Below, piece by piece: positions 13,016-26,688 of a stretch of DNA of 64,000 nucleotides. A program made the position numbers and the translations under genes. The notes beneath the pieces were generated by a model. It searched no databases, had not been told where the DNA came from, and saw only the letters and a program-made list of their open reading frames with translations. Every line of letters begins with the position of its first letter. Within the stretch, counting starts at the first letter, position 1. Source of the stretch: Pecten maximus (taxonomy: Eukaryota); contig NC_047032.1 in assembly GCF_902652985.1 (NCBI RefSeq), forward strand, positions 30,318,001 to 30,382,000, given 5' to 3'.

Positions 13016-14580
13016 TAAGGTCCTCAATGTTGGGGAGGATTTTTTCTCCCATCATGCTTTTTTTAATTTGGAGTTTATTTCTTTTAATACTTGAAGCTTC
13101 CATTTAAGTAAACTAACTTATAAGCACCTGCATCTTAGCCTTTGAAGACGAGGACTAGTTTAAGATTCAAGATATTAAAGAATCTCTAAATTCAAGATTT
13201 AGATTTTAGATATCCAAGTTTTTGTTTTACTATTTCAGAACTTCTATTCTTTTTACACGTAACACGCAGAAAGAAACCCATTCTCCGTCCAACAGCGCGT
13301 GATTAACACAGACTTTTATGAAAACTAATAAATTAACAGCATGTTGACTTCTGTAAGGCTAACATCAGACGTCCATCCGCCCATATAAAAATCTCCTAGA
13401 GAAATCGAACTCAGTAATCAATAGTTACGTGGAGCGTTTTTAAACAGCTACTTCACCGCTGTTTGAGGCACTTGTGTGTAAGTATATACCTAGTCATATA
13501 TATATACATGTACAGCAGACGTTTGAAGTATTTCACAAAGTAGTTCAACATTAAATATTGAGTTAGATCTCTACGTGGGGCGGACAACGTTATTCCCGGA
13601 AGAGCCATAAATCTGTGTGGAGAGCCGACCGGGTATACGGAAGGGCCGCCCGAAGGATTAACGGGATTATAGATGGAAGGATATACGGGCATACTTACAC
13701 GTGCTCGTGATTAACGACTAGATGTCCGGTCAACTACGTCATTAAACCCAGTCTAACTCTATACCCCAGTAATACATGGATGAATTGTACGTATATAGCT
13801 ATTAGGAGACAAACGATGACAGACTATACTTTACTTCTGGATACGTCAGACAGGTGCGAATTCAACAGGTGATTCTCAGGCCTGTTTCTGATAAGGTAAG
13901 TTATTTTTTATTGTTAATATCTTACACTGTTTCATTAACGTAACGTAATTTAAAATCTGCACCGTGAAACAGGTAATAGGGGAAATATCAGTAACTGTTT
14001 ACTGTGTATAGATTAGTCAAAAATATTCAAATAATAGAAATATGTAAATAATGTTATAAATATGTAAATAATATTATGACAATGATATTTGCTAAAGTGT
14101 CTGACAATTAAAACTTGTAAATCGTAAGAAAACATATTTGAACACGTGTTAAAGGTATCTTTTGACCCTGAAAATAAACTTAATGTAAGTATAATGTATT
14201 ACACCATGGCCATAAGGTAAACAGCTTAGAATCACGACGAGGACTTCTCAATGGGAGATTAATCTCTAGTATACAGCCAAGGACTTGTTAGTCCGTATAT
14301 AGATTACTATTAGCTGAGGATTAGTACTGTTAGAACATTAATTTAATTAGGCTAAGTCTTGATACACTACTGCCTGGTGGGGATCTAAGATCTAGTTCTG
14401 TTTACTTACAGTTTTGTTGTTAACTATATACTATTAATATTAACGTGTCAAAGAATCCGTATCATCCAAATATTTGATCGGGAGAGGGTCAGCTTAATGC
14501 TGAAAACAAGCCGCAATGACGAACAGATAAAATACATTAATAACTTGGAAATATATTGTATGTTATATAGTAGCAGATAA

Positions 14581-14835
14581 TGAACATATGTAGTATTGAA
14601 CATATGTAGTATTGAACATATGTAGTATTGAACATATATAGTATTGAACATATGTAGTATTGAACATATGTAGTATTGAACATATGTAGTATGAACATAT
14701 GTACAATGTAGTATTGAACATATGTAGTATTGAACAGATGTAGTATTGAACATACATGTATGTACTATTGAACATTTTTTACATTGAAAAGTTACATGTG
14801 TGTTATACAGTAGCATATATTGAACATATGTAGTT
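14581..14835. repeat. 16-bp minisatellite
   Basis: Unit tgaacatatgtagtat. Confidence 0.9.
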
Positions 14836-14871
14836 TTGAACGTTTTTTTTTTACTTTAAAATTGAGCTGCT

Positions 14872-15540
14872 GTATGTATTGTTTAACGTATTGGCAGCCT
14901 CCTCTGTGTGGGTATGTTTTACTTTGTATTGTTAAACATCCTATCAACGGATATAGTTATTTAAGGACGGTCTCCCCTGTGTGGGTATGTTTTAGTTTGT
15001 ATTGTTTAACGTATATTAACAGCGTTAGTCATTTAAGGGCAGACTCCTCTGTGTGGGTATGTTTTACTTTGTATTATTAAACATCCTATCAACGGATATA
15101 GTTATTTAAGGACGGTCTCCCCTGTGTGGGTATGTTTTAGTTTGTATTGTTTAACGTATATTAACAGCGTTAGTCATTTAAGGGCAGACTCCTCTGTGTG
15201 GGTATGTTTTACTTTGTATTGTTAAACATCCTATCAACGGATATAGTTATTTAAGGACGGTCTCCCCTGTGCGGATATGTTTTAGTTTGTATTGTTTAAC
15301 GTATATTAACAGCTTTAGTCATTTAAGGGCAGCCTCCCCAGTGTGGGTATGTTTTAGTTTGTATTGTTTAACGTATATTAACAGCGTTAGTCATTTAAGG
15401 GCAGACTCCCCTGTGTGGGTATGCTTCGTTTAACATCATATCATCAGCTATGGTCACTTAAGGGCAGACTCCCCTGTGTGGGTATGGTTTGGTTTGTATT
15501 GTTAAACATCATACCAACAGCTATGGTCATTAAAGGACGA
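14872..15540 (-). repeat. About 72-bp satellite derived from the SINE 3' tail, with a 145-bp dimeric higher-order repeat
   Basis: Monomers align to the reverse complement of 43440-43520 (tgtttaacgtcctattaacagctaaggtcatttaaggacggcctccc). The variant catcctatcaacgg recurs at 14937, 15082 and 15227. Confidence 0.85.
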
Positions 15541-15902
15541 CATTTTTAGCGGTGTGTGTGTGTGTGTGTGTAAATATTGAACTGCTCTGTAAAAACGTAT
15601 ATTGAAAAGTTCTACGGAAAGAGTAGATCTCTTCACTGAACAGCTATAAAAACAATACATACAACAACTGATTTATATTCCATATCTCACATATCAACAT
15701 TAAAAGTATTTAAGTTATGCCAGAAGTCCTAAAACTGTACAAACTGTATATCATTGTATTGACATCCAGCCAGTCTGGTTACAAGACACAGCATTGTAGT
15801 AAAAAGTGTGGTCAATCACAGGTTAGTCTGGTCAATCACAGGTTTAGTCTGGTTGTAGATTTTAAGTTTCTATATAGTTTAATCAACCATACCACTATAA
15901 AA

Positions 15903-16379
15903 CTACACTAGGGTTAGTCTGTTAGTTGGTGTCAGTATGTTTTCCTCTCCTCCTTTCTCAACACGGACGTCGGACCGAATATGGCTGGGTTTAATCACTG
16001 GTAAGACATACACAACATTTGGGTCTCCTCCGGTTTCTTGTTGGAGGCTTGTTATGGGTTTAACTTGCTGAAGAATCTTTTTATCATTATCATTACCTGT
16101 TGTTGTTATTTTGTAGGACCTGTTGTTTCTCTTTTGTTGTTTATGGGATATGTTGGTGGTATTTTGAGGGATTTTTGTGGGATCTGTTGAGGGATTTTTG
16201 TGGGACCTTATGTTTGCATTTTGTGCGACATAGTGTTGTCTTTTAGAGATCTGTTGTGGGTTATTTGAGGACATAACCAGAGATTTTGGAGGACATGCTA
16301 TTGGCGTACTTTCGCGGAGAGCATGTTTTGGATTTGCTGTGTTAAATGACTCGATACACGAGTTCCCAATGTTTCCCAT
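15903..16379 (-). CDS. Candidate 158-aa low-complexity protein, single coding exon
   Basis: Non-repetitive ATG-initiated ORF (MGNIGNSC...) that is long for this AT content. An acceptor-like tract tttttttattttattcgttAG lies about 25 nt upstream of the ATG. No recognisable domain. Confidence 0.35.
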   Translation of the reverse strand: MGNIGNSCIESFNTANPKHALRESTPIACPPKSLVMSSNNPQQISKRQHYVAQNANIRSHKNPSTDPTKIPQNTTNISHKQQKRNNRSYKITTTGNDNDKKILQQVKPITSLQQETGGDPNVVYVLPVIKPSHIRSDVRVEKGGEENILTPTNRLTLV

Positions 16380-19300
16380 TGTTAGCTTTATAATTCAAGA
16401 ATAACTAACGAATAAAATAAAAAATATCATAGTTGAGCCAATAAAAATGTCATAAGACTCGCTCACTACGTAACTGTGGACTTGGACCATACAACGGTAC
16501 TAACCCCTATCTTTGTCAGGTATTTTAAGTTTTTCACACTCCTCACTTGATAGAAGTTACCAGATCGCTATATGTAGCTGTGAGCTGGGACTTTACAACA
16601 GTACGGACCATGAACTTTGTCAGGTATTTGAGTTGTTCACACTCGTCACTTGATGGAAGTCATAGGTCCTATATCAGGTTTACAGTTACTACTTATAAAT
16701 CAATTAAATTAGATCTATTCAAGGATATGTTTTGCTCATTTCGTTACGGATTTCTCATATATATAATAGAGAGCATTTACCACGGAGATCACCATACATT
16801 AACATATATGTTGTCAACACTTAAGACTTCATTACATAGCTTGTTAAATGTACGTTTATTACGGGTTAATCTAACAAATATCTAAACTTAAAATATTAGT
16901 TTTTTAAATGCAATTAATGTTGAGTTTGATGTTGATTTCATTGTATTTGGAATCCATCAGACACTATTAAAGGAAGAATGAAATTGTAAATTAGGAACTC
17001 TAGTCAACGTTACAGTTAATCTGTTAAACCTGGAGGCAAAATATTTTAGGCCATGCCATCTATTTTAACATTAAAACATTGTACTCTAATTGTTTTCAGC
17101 TTCTGATATACTGTCAATACTTGTTTACAAATTCGGATGTCCATAAATAGGAAGACATTTAGTATCAAACTCTTTTCTCGCTTTATTTGATGATATTGGT
17201 GATAACATGACACTGAATTATATATATATATGTATTTATAGTTATAAAATACACGGCGAAATGGTGTATACCAAATATAAGTGTTCGCGGTAAAGATAAA
17301 GGCCAAGGTCTATTTTTGATGTGGCTTAATGTAAGATGAGGTTCTGATAAGTTAACATTTTTCAGTCCAAACTTTGGGTCTGGTTCCATCTCAAAGGTAT
17401 TTAGAATAAAATTTGAGTTTTGTTAAGAGAAAATATGCATCATGTGCAATTATAACGATGCCATTAACTGATGTTTATACAAATGTAGTAGGTTTTACAT
17501 GCTTATCGATACAGTGTATATACAGCACCTCCTATAGTATCTCTCTTGCTGACAGATTACTCTAGGTAAATGTGCTGGTTAAGCCTTTCCTTGGGTAGTT
17601 TGTAAATTATAACCAAGGATGTTGAGGTAATGAGAGCGAAAAAAGATCAGTGTTCAAATCATTTTTATTCCTTTCGACCAGAGGCCCATCAGTTAATCAA
17701 ACATGAAAATGTTAGGAGAGGTCAAAAATAGGATAGCTTTAAATCATTATTACGATATGTAATAAATACCAAGGCAAATTGACACAATCATACATTTTCT
17801 TTACCAAGTTTTGTAGACAAAAATAAGAATTTTACAATATTAGATAGTTCTTTCAAATTGTCACCTTGGTTACCAATGGTGTGAAGACAATAGTATTTTT
17901 CTACATGGACGTTACAACCTTTGATAAAGCTACTGCCAATCAACATGGAAATCAAATACGTAAGACTTGTTTACATCTAAAATTGTTTACAAATGATCTC
18001 GTTATGGGTAAAGTGTCAATACGTATAAGTCACATTATAAACCGCCTAGAGATGTACCTACAACGTTTTAATGGTTTATTAGAATCAGATGTTTGAACGC
18101 CGAGTCAACTTAAATTGTAATAAAACAGCTAAATCAATTTAACGAATATATAAATACATACATTTAAACGATATTAATTGCATACACGCGAATATTTACA
18201 TACATACATACATGTAATGCTTTGAAGAAAAAACTTGCAAATTCTCTCTTTTGATTTTTATTTCATATCTTGCACACGTTTAAGCTGACCTGTCCCATTT
18301 GATATATGAGGCCAGTCAATCAGGGCAGAGATATTAGTGTTTACATTAACCTATAACTGGCGGCTAGACAGCCGGACTTACTGGGTAGGATATACCGATA
18401 ATTTTATTGAATTAAAAGTTCCTGGAACAGCCTTTACGTACATACATACATGTATATGTAAACTGTAAATCTTTATTTAATTGCAGTTTTAATTAGTTAA
18501 TTTTATCCACGTAATATGTTTTACTCTGCAGTGATAGGATAGCCAATGGACGAGAGGTAGGGAGGATCCTCACAATTAACATGTACATGGTTGGGAAGAT
18601 TAAACGTTTGTTGAGGGTCAGGATACTCGATCTGAGTAATTTGAGAAACAGAAGGTATTTATAGTGGACAAAAGGTAGCCTTGTCTGCTAATTAACTATG
18701 TCCTTGAGGAGAACAATGGCCGAAACTGTTAAACTGTTATATTGACTGGAACCGGTCGATGATATATACTTAGTTCGTAATATCGAGTGACAGCCGAAAC
18801 ATCGCAAACTTTGCCATCAACAAAATTGATAAAGACTTTCCATTTCTCTAGTTATTTTAAAAGAAAATTACATGACATCTATCAAGATTTAGAACGACTG
18901 TAATTTAAATGCAAAACCCAAACATTGTTTTTAGATATCCTTTATATTTCACTAGCCTTCGGAATTTATTTCCCATAACGGTTCAAGCTAACCTAACCAT
19001 TCTTTGAGTTCAGGTCCTATCGGGGTGAATGGGCGGTGAAATGAAATACATATCTTAATTGAAATCTCGTTGAAACCTAAAGGTCGATCGTTTAGTGATT
19101 TATTGATTTATAATGATCCCCAATTGTCATTATTATTGGTGTCACTGTTGTAAACAGAATGTTTGATTGATATCTATTTCACTCCAGACAAAAGGAGAGT
19201 GAGTTCGCACCAGCGGCGGGCTTTACTTAAGTAACTTTTCTTCACAAAGATTTTAATTAAACACGGAAATGTGTTTTAATAATTTTGATACTTTAAGTTT

Positions 19301-20869
19301 ACATTAAATGTGGATCAGTGAACTCGTTGGGAAATAATTTAAAAAAAAAGGGGGGGGGGGGGGGGGGGGGGGATTTTAATGTGGTCTCAAATTTTTCTGG
19401 ATACCAGTATTAATGCATGTACGGATTTTAATTTGGGTACTTAAAATTATCTGTCGTTTTGAAATTGCTCCCTGACAGCGCTCAAATACATCAACTAATT
19501 TTAAAAGGATTATTATTTGTAGCCAGGGTGAATCATTCCAATAGTTAAGCCAATTGTACTGTGTAAATATAGCGGTATTTATGGAGGTGTAGAGATGATT
19601 GACGAGGAGAATCGTTTACTGTTTATACTCCAGTTACATAAAGGCATGTGCAATCCATTTAAATAAGTAACTCTTAAATGGCCTGGTTTCTGACTGGATT
19701 CTTCTACTTTCTCTCACAGAATATGTGTTTGTGGTAGTGGTCAGGTTTCTGACTGGGTTCCCCTACTTTCTCACCCCGGTCAGAATATGTGTTTGTCGTT
19801 CGTGTTATATCAATAATTGACACTAGTTAACCAGACCGTGGTATCATCGTCATTCCGTTACTCTATAAAACCTTAACCTAAGTTTGTGCACAGACAAACA
19901 GTATTGGTTTTAAGTCAAGGAACTTTATCTAATCAAATAAGTTCAGAACATGTTCGTTTATAAAGGTAGAATTATGAAACTTGAGTTTGATGACATGATT
20001 CAAAAATGACTAGCTTATAAATAGTTAATCTGTCTTCAAAACCATATATCTCTTCAATTTCATTTTGATAGTAACCTATATTAAACTCAACACAGTTCGC
20101 ATTGCAAAGAGAGCGAAATTAAATTCGTTAGAAACGAGAGACGAGAAACAATACGATGTTTCGTCTGCAGTGTTTTAGATCGAATGTTGACAGGAGTTGA
20201 ACTCACATCAGGCTAAGTCTTTAGATAGAGACAATAGTCGACCGTGACAATAGTCGATCCTGACATGAACAGTTCACCTCTGTATAGGTTTACTTAAGAT
20301 GTCTGGATGCCTCTTGAACCTGAGTTGATCAAATACAATAACACTACCTAACACGGTGGTGCGAACATTAATCGATCAATCCGCGACACTTCCCACACCG
20401 TCTCAAGTGGTGGGGATCCGCGGGCTTAATAAAGGGCCGTGAAAACCCAAACAAACCTCAAAATAACGATGAAATTGATATGTGTTGTCAGAGATATTAA
20501 ACTTTTGGTTTATTTGAGACACACTGTTCACTGTACCTCTACTATCCAGACCCGGGACCAGACCTAATTTCCAGATTACAATGCGCTATATAGATCTGAT
20601 AACGTTAATATTATAACACAACTGGAAGTGTTGTAATCTATATTGGCTATTTATTATGTTGTCTAGTTTCTGTATTACAAATTTTATTTGCACTTCAAGG
20701 ACTACAAGACAAAACTAGAGACTGAAGAAGAACAGAGGTATTGTTTTTAAACGCTTTATGCAATGTAAATGAGGAGGAAACGTATGGTCTTAGAAAGGAT
20801 ATTCTTGAACAACACTTTCTTCGGGTTGGTAATGTAAATATGATGGAAGTTATATGACACAATTTATTA

Positions 20870-21130
20870 GTTTGCTGGGAGAACAGCCGAGTTATTTTTC
20901 GCCCCGTGAACAGACATAATCATTTCGAGGCCGGGTCTCCTTAGCTGTTGCGTAGTGATTACCTCAGCTGACAACATACAGGAGGCCCGCCACATGTCAC
21001 CAGACCAGTTAGGGTGAAATGTCTTGTCCGAGGACACAACCACGACATCACAGGCCGGGCATTTCTCAGCTTCCCGAGGAACACAAACGGACTTGGATAG
21101 GGAGCGGCGAACCATATGGTCTGACCTTTC
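20870..21130 (-). mobile_element. Degraded CORE-type SINE
   Basis: Minus strand has tggttcgccgctccc (decayed tRNA head) and gtggttgtgtcctcggacaagacatttcaccctaactg, resembling the CORE-domain motif gttgtgtccttgggcaagacactt. Confidence 0.5.
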
Positions 21131-21579
21131 ATATTGGGAAAAAGGTTTAAAAACTTCAACTAAAACTTAAAGCAGATATTGTGATTTATGACTAGATTTC
21201 TAGGCTGATATGTCACGGTATACGTTTAACGTTTGTTTCAGGACAAATTGACACTTGTTGACGTTCATGGTTCTGTGAATGCCATACGAGTTGTATCTTT
21301 CGAATCTTTGTTCTGTCTATATAGAGACGAGAATGTGTCTGTTGTCATCATTGTAACAATTACAATAGCCGTATTCATTCTCTCATTGTTTCTTTAAAAC
21401 ATCTGGTCGGTTTTTGTAATAAAGGACAGAATTCACAGGTAAAGATGTTATATTATACCAAAGTTAACTGAGCTATCCAGTGATTCTTACGTGCGTGTAT
21501 TCATAATAATTTCTCGACCTGTAAAATATATACTGAGCGTTGAAGCTATTTACCACAGAACGATAATCATTAGGTTACG

Positions 21580-21738
21580 AGAGCTTGTTCAGACAAATGT
21601 TTATGTGAGTGCTGTTTGGGGGAGGCTTGTTCAGACAGATGTTTGTGTGAGTGCTGTTTGGGGGAGCTTGTTCAGACAGATGTTTATGTGAGTGCTTTTG
21701 GGGGGAGCTTGTTCAGACAGATGTTTATGTGAGTGCTT

Positions 21739-21771
<33 letters not shown>

Positions 21772-22220
21772 GCTTGTTCAGACAGATGTTTGTGTGAGTG
21801 CTGTTTGGGGGAGCTTGTTCAGACAGATGTTTATGTGAGTGCTTTTGGGGGAGCTTGTTCAGACAGATGTTTGTGTGAGTGCTTTTGGGGGGAGCTTGTT
21901 CAGACAGATGTTTGTGTGAGTGCTGTTTGGGGGAGCTTGTTCAGACAGATGTTTGTGTGAGTGCTGTTTGGGGGAGCTTGTTCAGAGAGATGTTTGTGTG
22001 AGGGCTGTTTTAGGGGAGCTTGTTCAGACAGACGTTTGTGTGCGTGCTGTTTGGAGGAGCTTGTTCAGACAGATGTTTGTGTGAGTGCTGTTTGGGGGAG
22101 CTTGTTCAGACAGATGTTTGTGTGAGTGCTGTTTGGGGGAGCTTGTTCAGACAGATGTTTGTGTGAGTGCTGTTTGGGGGAGCTTGTTCAGACAGATGTT
22201 TATGTGAGTGCTGTTTGGGA
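21580..22220. repeat. 41-bp minisatellite, about 15 copies, with an internal poly-G expansion (21741-21770)
   Basis: Unit gagcttgttcagacagatgtttgtgtgagtgctgtttgggg. Confidence 0.95.
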
Positions 22221-22904
22221 GTACTTCTCCATGTCATTTAGTAAGACAAACAAGTCGCTTGGTAGAGAAAGTGTTTTCCGTTGTTTCCACACAACAACAT
22301 ATTCACAGGGGCCAGCTATACTGCTTATATCACAGGAATAATAGTTATCTATTCACGTCTGCACGCTCACTATATATAGAAGGCCCTAGCAATGTGTCGC
22401 ATGCCTGTGTATATAGGACTATGAACAAGTGTTTCTGATATTTATGTTAACCTACATCGTGTATCTACTCATAAACATAAGTGAAGTACTCTGACTTTCA
22501 CCAGAGACCTATATACTAAGATAATAGGTCTCTGCTTTCACGTAAGGTATTTAATCATAAACATGTTGATTAAAAGAAATGGTTTTAAACGATAGCTTTA
22601 CCACATATTTACAAACATATACATTACTACTAATGATATACTCTCCTTCACTACCAATCTTATTTACAATGCGTAATAATACAACCAACTTACGCCCACT
22701 AATCTCGTGTAACTCCGATAAAAAAAACTCGGTCGAAATTACAAAAATATTTCTTTAAATCGGTCTTATCGTTAATACAGTATACAATTCCCATATGAAT
22801 GGTTATAAAACAATTCTAATTCTTTCTTACATCACATTAAATAATTGATAAATAGAGATTTGTTAAATAATAATAATAATAATCCGTTCGATACTTTTTG
22901 GTCT

Positions 22905-23001
22905 ACATTGTTATATAGAGAAAAAATCGGGACTGAAAAAAAGTGCCCGTAATAGCGGGGTGGTCGTAATTTTGAGGTGGTCGTAAGGTGAGGTTTCACT
23001 G
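22905..23001 (-). mobile_element. Solo end of a Tc1/mariner (pogo-like) MITE
   Basis: Minus strand TA|CAGTGAAACCTCACCTTACGACCACCTC...TTACGACCACCCC is a typical TIR start with sub-terminal repeats. The partner end was not found. Confidence 0.6.
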
Positions 23002-23129
23002 TATATATAATGGAGGCCAAGGAGTATCGAACTGACCTAAAAGAATCAGAGATCAACTACACTCTTAACCTAAGTACCAAGTATATAATAACACCATTGA
23101 ACCAACTACCCGATATATGGAAATAGACA

Positions 23130-23905
23130 ATGTGTTATCATTGTATTATACAAAACCTTACGGAAGATAATAGAACGTGGAAGATCGTGTAGGCTTTAGA
23201 CCAACCAATGATATTATCGTGGTATAAAACCTTTGGTAAGATAATAAAAATGGCTAAGATCGTGTAGACACTAGACCAACCAATGATATTATCGTGGTAT
23301 ATAACCTTTGGTAAGATAATAGAATGTCGAAGATCTTGTAGACATTAGATCAATCAATGATATTATCGTGGTATATAACCTTTGGTAAGATAATAGAATG
23401 TCGAAGATCTTGTAGACATTAGATCAATCAATGATATTATCGTGGTATTATCGTGGTATATAACCTTTAGTAAGATACATTGTAATACAATGGCTAAGAT
23501 TGTGTAGACTTTAGACCAATCAGTTATATTATCGTGGTATATAACCTTTGGTAAGTTTTTTTTACAATCGTTGAATATCTTTTACATTCGTTCCACACGT
23601 TTTAATCATTATATGACGCATTCCTCATTTTATATCTACCACGATGTACCGTTCCAATCGGAGAACGTTGTGCGATCACACAGCTGTATCGTGGTATATA
23701 ACCTTTGGCTAAGATCGTGTAATCAATGATATCATCTTGGTACATGTAAGATAATACAATGGCTAAGATCTTGTAGACTTTAGACAAATCAATAATATTA
23801 TTATAGTAAATAACATTTGGTTATATAATAGAATGGCTAAGATCGAGTAGACTTTAGACCAATCAATGATATTATTATAGTAAATAACCTTTGGTAAGAC
23901 AATAA
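23130..23905. repeat. About 74-bp degenerate tandem repeat in two blocks
   Basis: gatattatcgtggtatataacctttggtaagataatagaatg...tagaccaatcaat recurs at about 74-bp spacing and is interrupted at about 23560-23685. Confidence 0.85.
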
Positions 23906-24738
23906 ACCGTCTTAGAACTTTATGCTGCACAGACGTTTGGCCGTTAGTTATTGCCAATATTTACAATGATTGGTGTCAGAATGGATTGTTTGTGAATATC
24001 ATTGATAGACATTGATTGATATTTTATGTAAATTTCGGTTACTTTGGATACCGATTGGTAAACCAAGCGTATATCTTTGAGCTGGTAGCTATGGGCGAAG
24101 TTACCCTACAACTGGTGGATAGTGTTATAGGATAGTTAAACTGAATACCTCTGTACCTATATCGACCTCCGTACAGAACACATACCCACGGACAATTCAC
24201 CATTCATGTAATTAATTACCGATTTTACCAGTCGCACATTGTTTAGGGACAGTGTGGCTTGGTAAGGTTTTATCGTGTCAAACGATGTTTTATTGATTTG
24301 AAGTAATTTAACAAAAGTTTAGAAATGCTTCCACGACCCTCCTGGTACGGGATATAAAATGTATTCAATATAACACTGATATATGATATCAAAGAATGGC
24401 CGTCTTCAGGGCTGGCTATTACTATACTGTTACCCAATCCCTCGCGTGTGTAAGAGTAGACAGGAACTCCCGGCAGAATCGGGGATTTATTTTTGTACGT
24501 ACAACACATAGACAGCCTAAGATGTCCTTTTATGTCATTTCAGTGTGTTGGCACTAAGACAACATTAGGGAATGGCCGCATCATTTACGACGGCACTGCC
24601 AACACATGGCCTATGCTGTCCCGTAGACTAAGACACCATGAAACAAAACGGTATAGCCTATGTCCAGGCGACGTGTGTGTGTAAGGTGTAGGGGTGGGGC
24701 TGGGGGTGGGGGTGGTTATGTGTTCTTGCGAACTAGTT

Positions 24739-26688
24739 ACAGTAACTAGGAAAAGTCTCTTGGTGTCACAGTAACTAGGAACAGTCGCTTGGTGTCATAG
24801 TAACTAGGAACGGTCCCTTGGTGTCACAGTAACTAGGAACAGTCTCTTGGTGTCACAGTAACTAGGAACAGTCTCTTGGTGTCACAGTAACTAGGAAACA
24901 GTCCCTTGGTGTCACAGTAACTAGGAACAGTCTCTTGGTGTCACAGTAACTAGGAACAGTCTCTTGGTGTCACAGTAACTAGGAACAGTCTCTTGGTGTC
25001 ACAGTAACTAGGAACAGTCTCTTGGTGTCACAGTAACTAGGAACAGTCTCTTGGTGTCACAGTAACTAGGAACAGTCTCTTGGTGTCACAGTAACTAGGA
25101 ACAGTCTCTTGGTGTCACAGTAACTAGGAACAGTCTCTTGGTGTCACAGTAACTAGGAACAGTCTCTTGGTGTCACAGTAACTAGGAACAGTCTCTTGGT
25201 GTCACAGTAACTAGGAACAGTCTCTTGGTGTCACAGTAACTAGGAACAGTCTCTTGGTGTCACAGTAACTAGGAACAGTCTCTTGGTGTCACAGTAACTA
25301 GGAACAGTCTCTTGGTGTCACAGTAACTAGGAACAGTCTCTTGGTGTCACAGTAACTAGGAACAGTCTCTTGGTGTCACAGTAACTAGGAACAGTCTCTT
25401 GGTGTCACAGTAACTAGGAACAGTCTCTTGGTGTCACAGTAACTAGGAACAATCTCTTGGTGTCACAGTAACTAGGAACAGTCTCTTGGTGTCACAGTAA
25501 CTAGGAACAATCTCTTGGTGTCACAGTAACTAGGAACAGTCTCTTGGTGTCACAGTAACTAGGAACAGTCTCTTGGTGTCACAGTAACTAGGAACAGTCT
25601 CTTGGTGTCACAGTAACTAGGAACAGTCTCTTGGTGTCACAGTAACTAGGAACAAGTCTCTTGGTGTCACAGTAACTAGGAACAGTCTCTTGGTGTCACA
25701 GTAACTAGGAACAGTCTCTTGGTGTCACAGTAACTAGGAACGGTCCCTTGGTGTCACAGTAACTAGGAACAGTCTGTTGGTGTCACAGTAACTAGGAACG
25801 ATCTCTTGGTGTCACAGTAACTAGGAACAGTCTCTAGGTGTCACAGTAACTAGGAACAGTCTCTTGGTGTCACAGTAACTAGGAACAGTCTCTTGGTGTC
25901 ACAGTAACTAGGAACAGTCTCTTGGTGTCACAGTAACTAGGAACAGTCTCTTGGTGTCACAGTAACTAGGAACAGTCTCTTGGTGTCACAGTAACTAGGA
26001 ACAATCTCTTGGTGTCACAGTAACTAGGAACAATCTCTTGGTGTCACAGTAACTAGGAACAGTCTCTTGGTGTCACAGTAACTAGGAACAGTCTCTTGGT
26101 GTCACAGTAACTAGGAACAGTCTCTTGGTGTCACAGTAACTAGGAACAATCTCTTGGTGTCACAGTAACTAGGAACAGTCTCTTGGTGTCACAGTAACTA
26201 GGAACAGTCTCTTGGTGTCACAGTAACTAGGAACAGTCTCTTGGTGTCACAGTAACTAGGAACAGTCTCTTGGTGTCACAGTAACTAGGAACAGTCTCTT
26301 GGTGTCACAGTAACTAGGAGACGTCTCTTGGTGTCACAGTAACTAGGAACAGTCTCTTGGTGTCACAGTAACTAGGAACAGTCTCTTGGTGTCACAGTAA
26401 CTAGGAGACGTCTCTTGGTGTCACAGTAACTAGGAACAGTCTCTTGGTGTCACAGTAACTAGGAACAGTCTCTTGGTGTCACAGTAACTAGGAACGTCTC
26501 TTGGTGTCACAGTAACTAGGAACAGTCTCTTGGTGTCACAGTAACTAGGAACAGTCTCTTGGTGTCACAGTAACTAGGAACAGTCTCTTGGTGTCACAGT
26601 AACTAGGAACGGTCTCTTGGTGTCACAGTAACTAGGAACAGTCTCTTAGTGTCACAGTAACTAGGAACAATCTCTTGGTGTCTCAGTA
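24739..26688. repeat. 29-bp satellite, about 67 highly homogeneous copies
   Basis: Unit acagtaactaggaacagtctcttggtgtc; head-to-tail with no spacers. Confidence 0.98.

Noticed and set aside
13750-13900. Strong donor AAG|GTAAGT near 13895, possibly a non-coding exon
   Set aside because: No ORF or acceptor partner can be established from sequence alone.
24739-26688. 29-bp repeat resembling a CRISPR array in unit length
   Set aside because: Units are head-to-tail with no unique spacers, there are no cas genes, and the context is eukaryotic.
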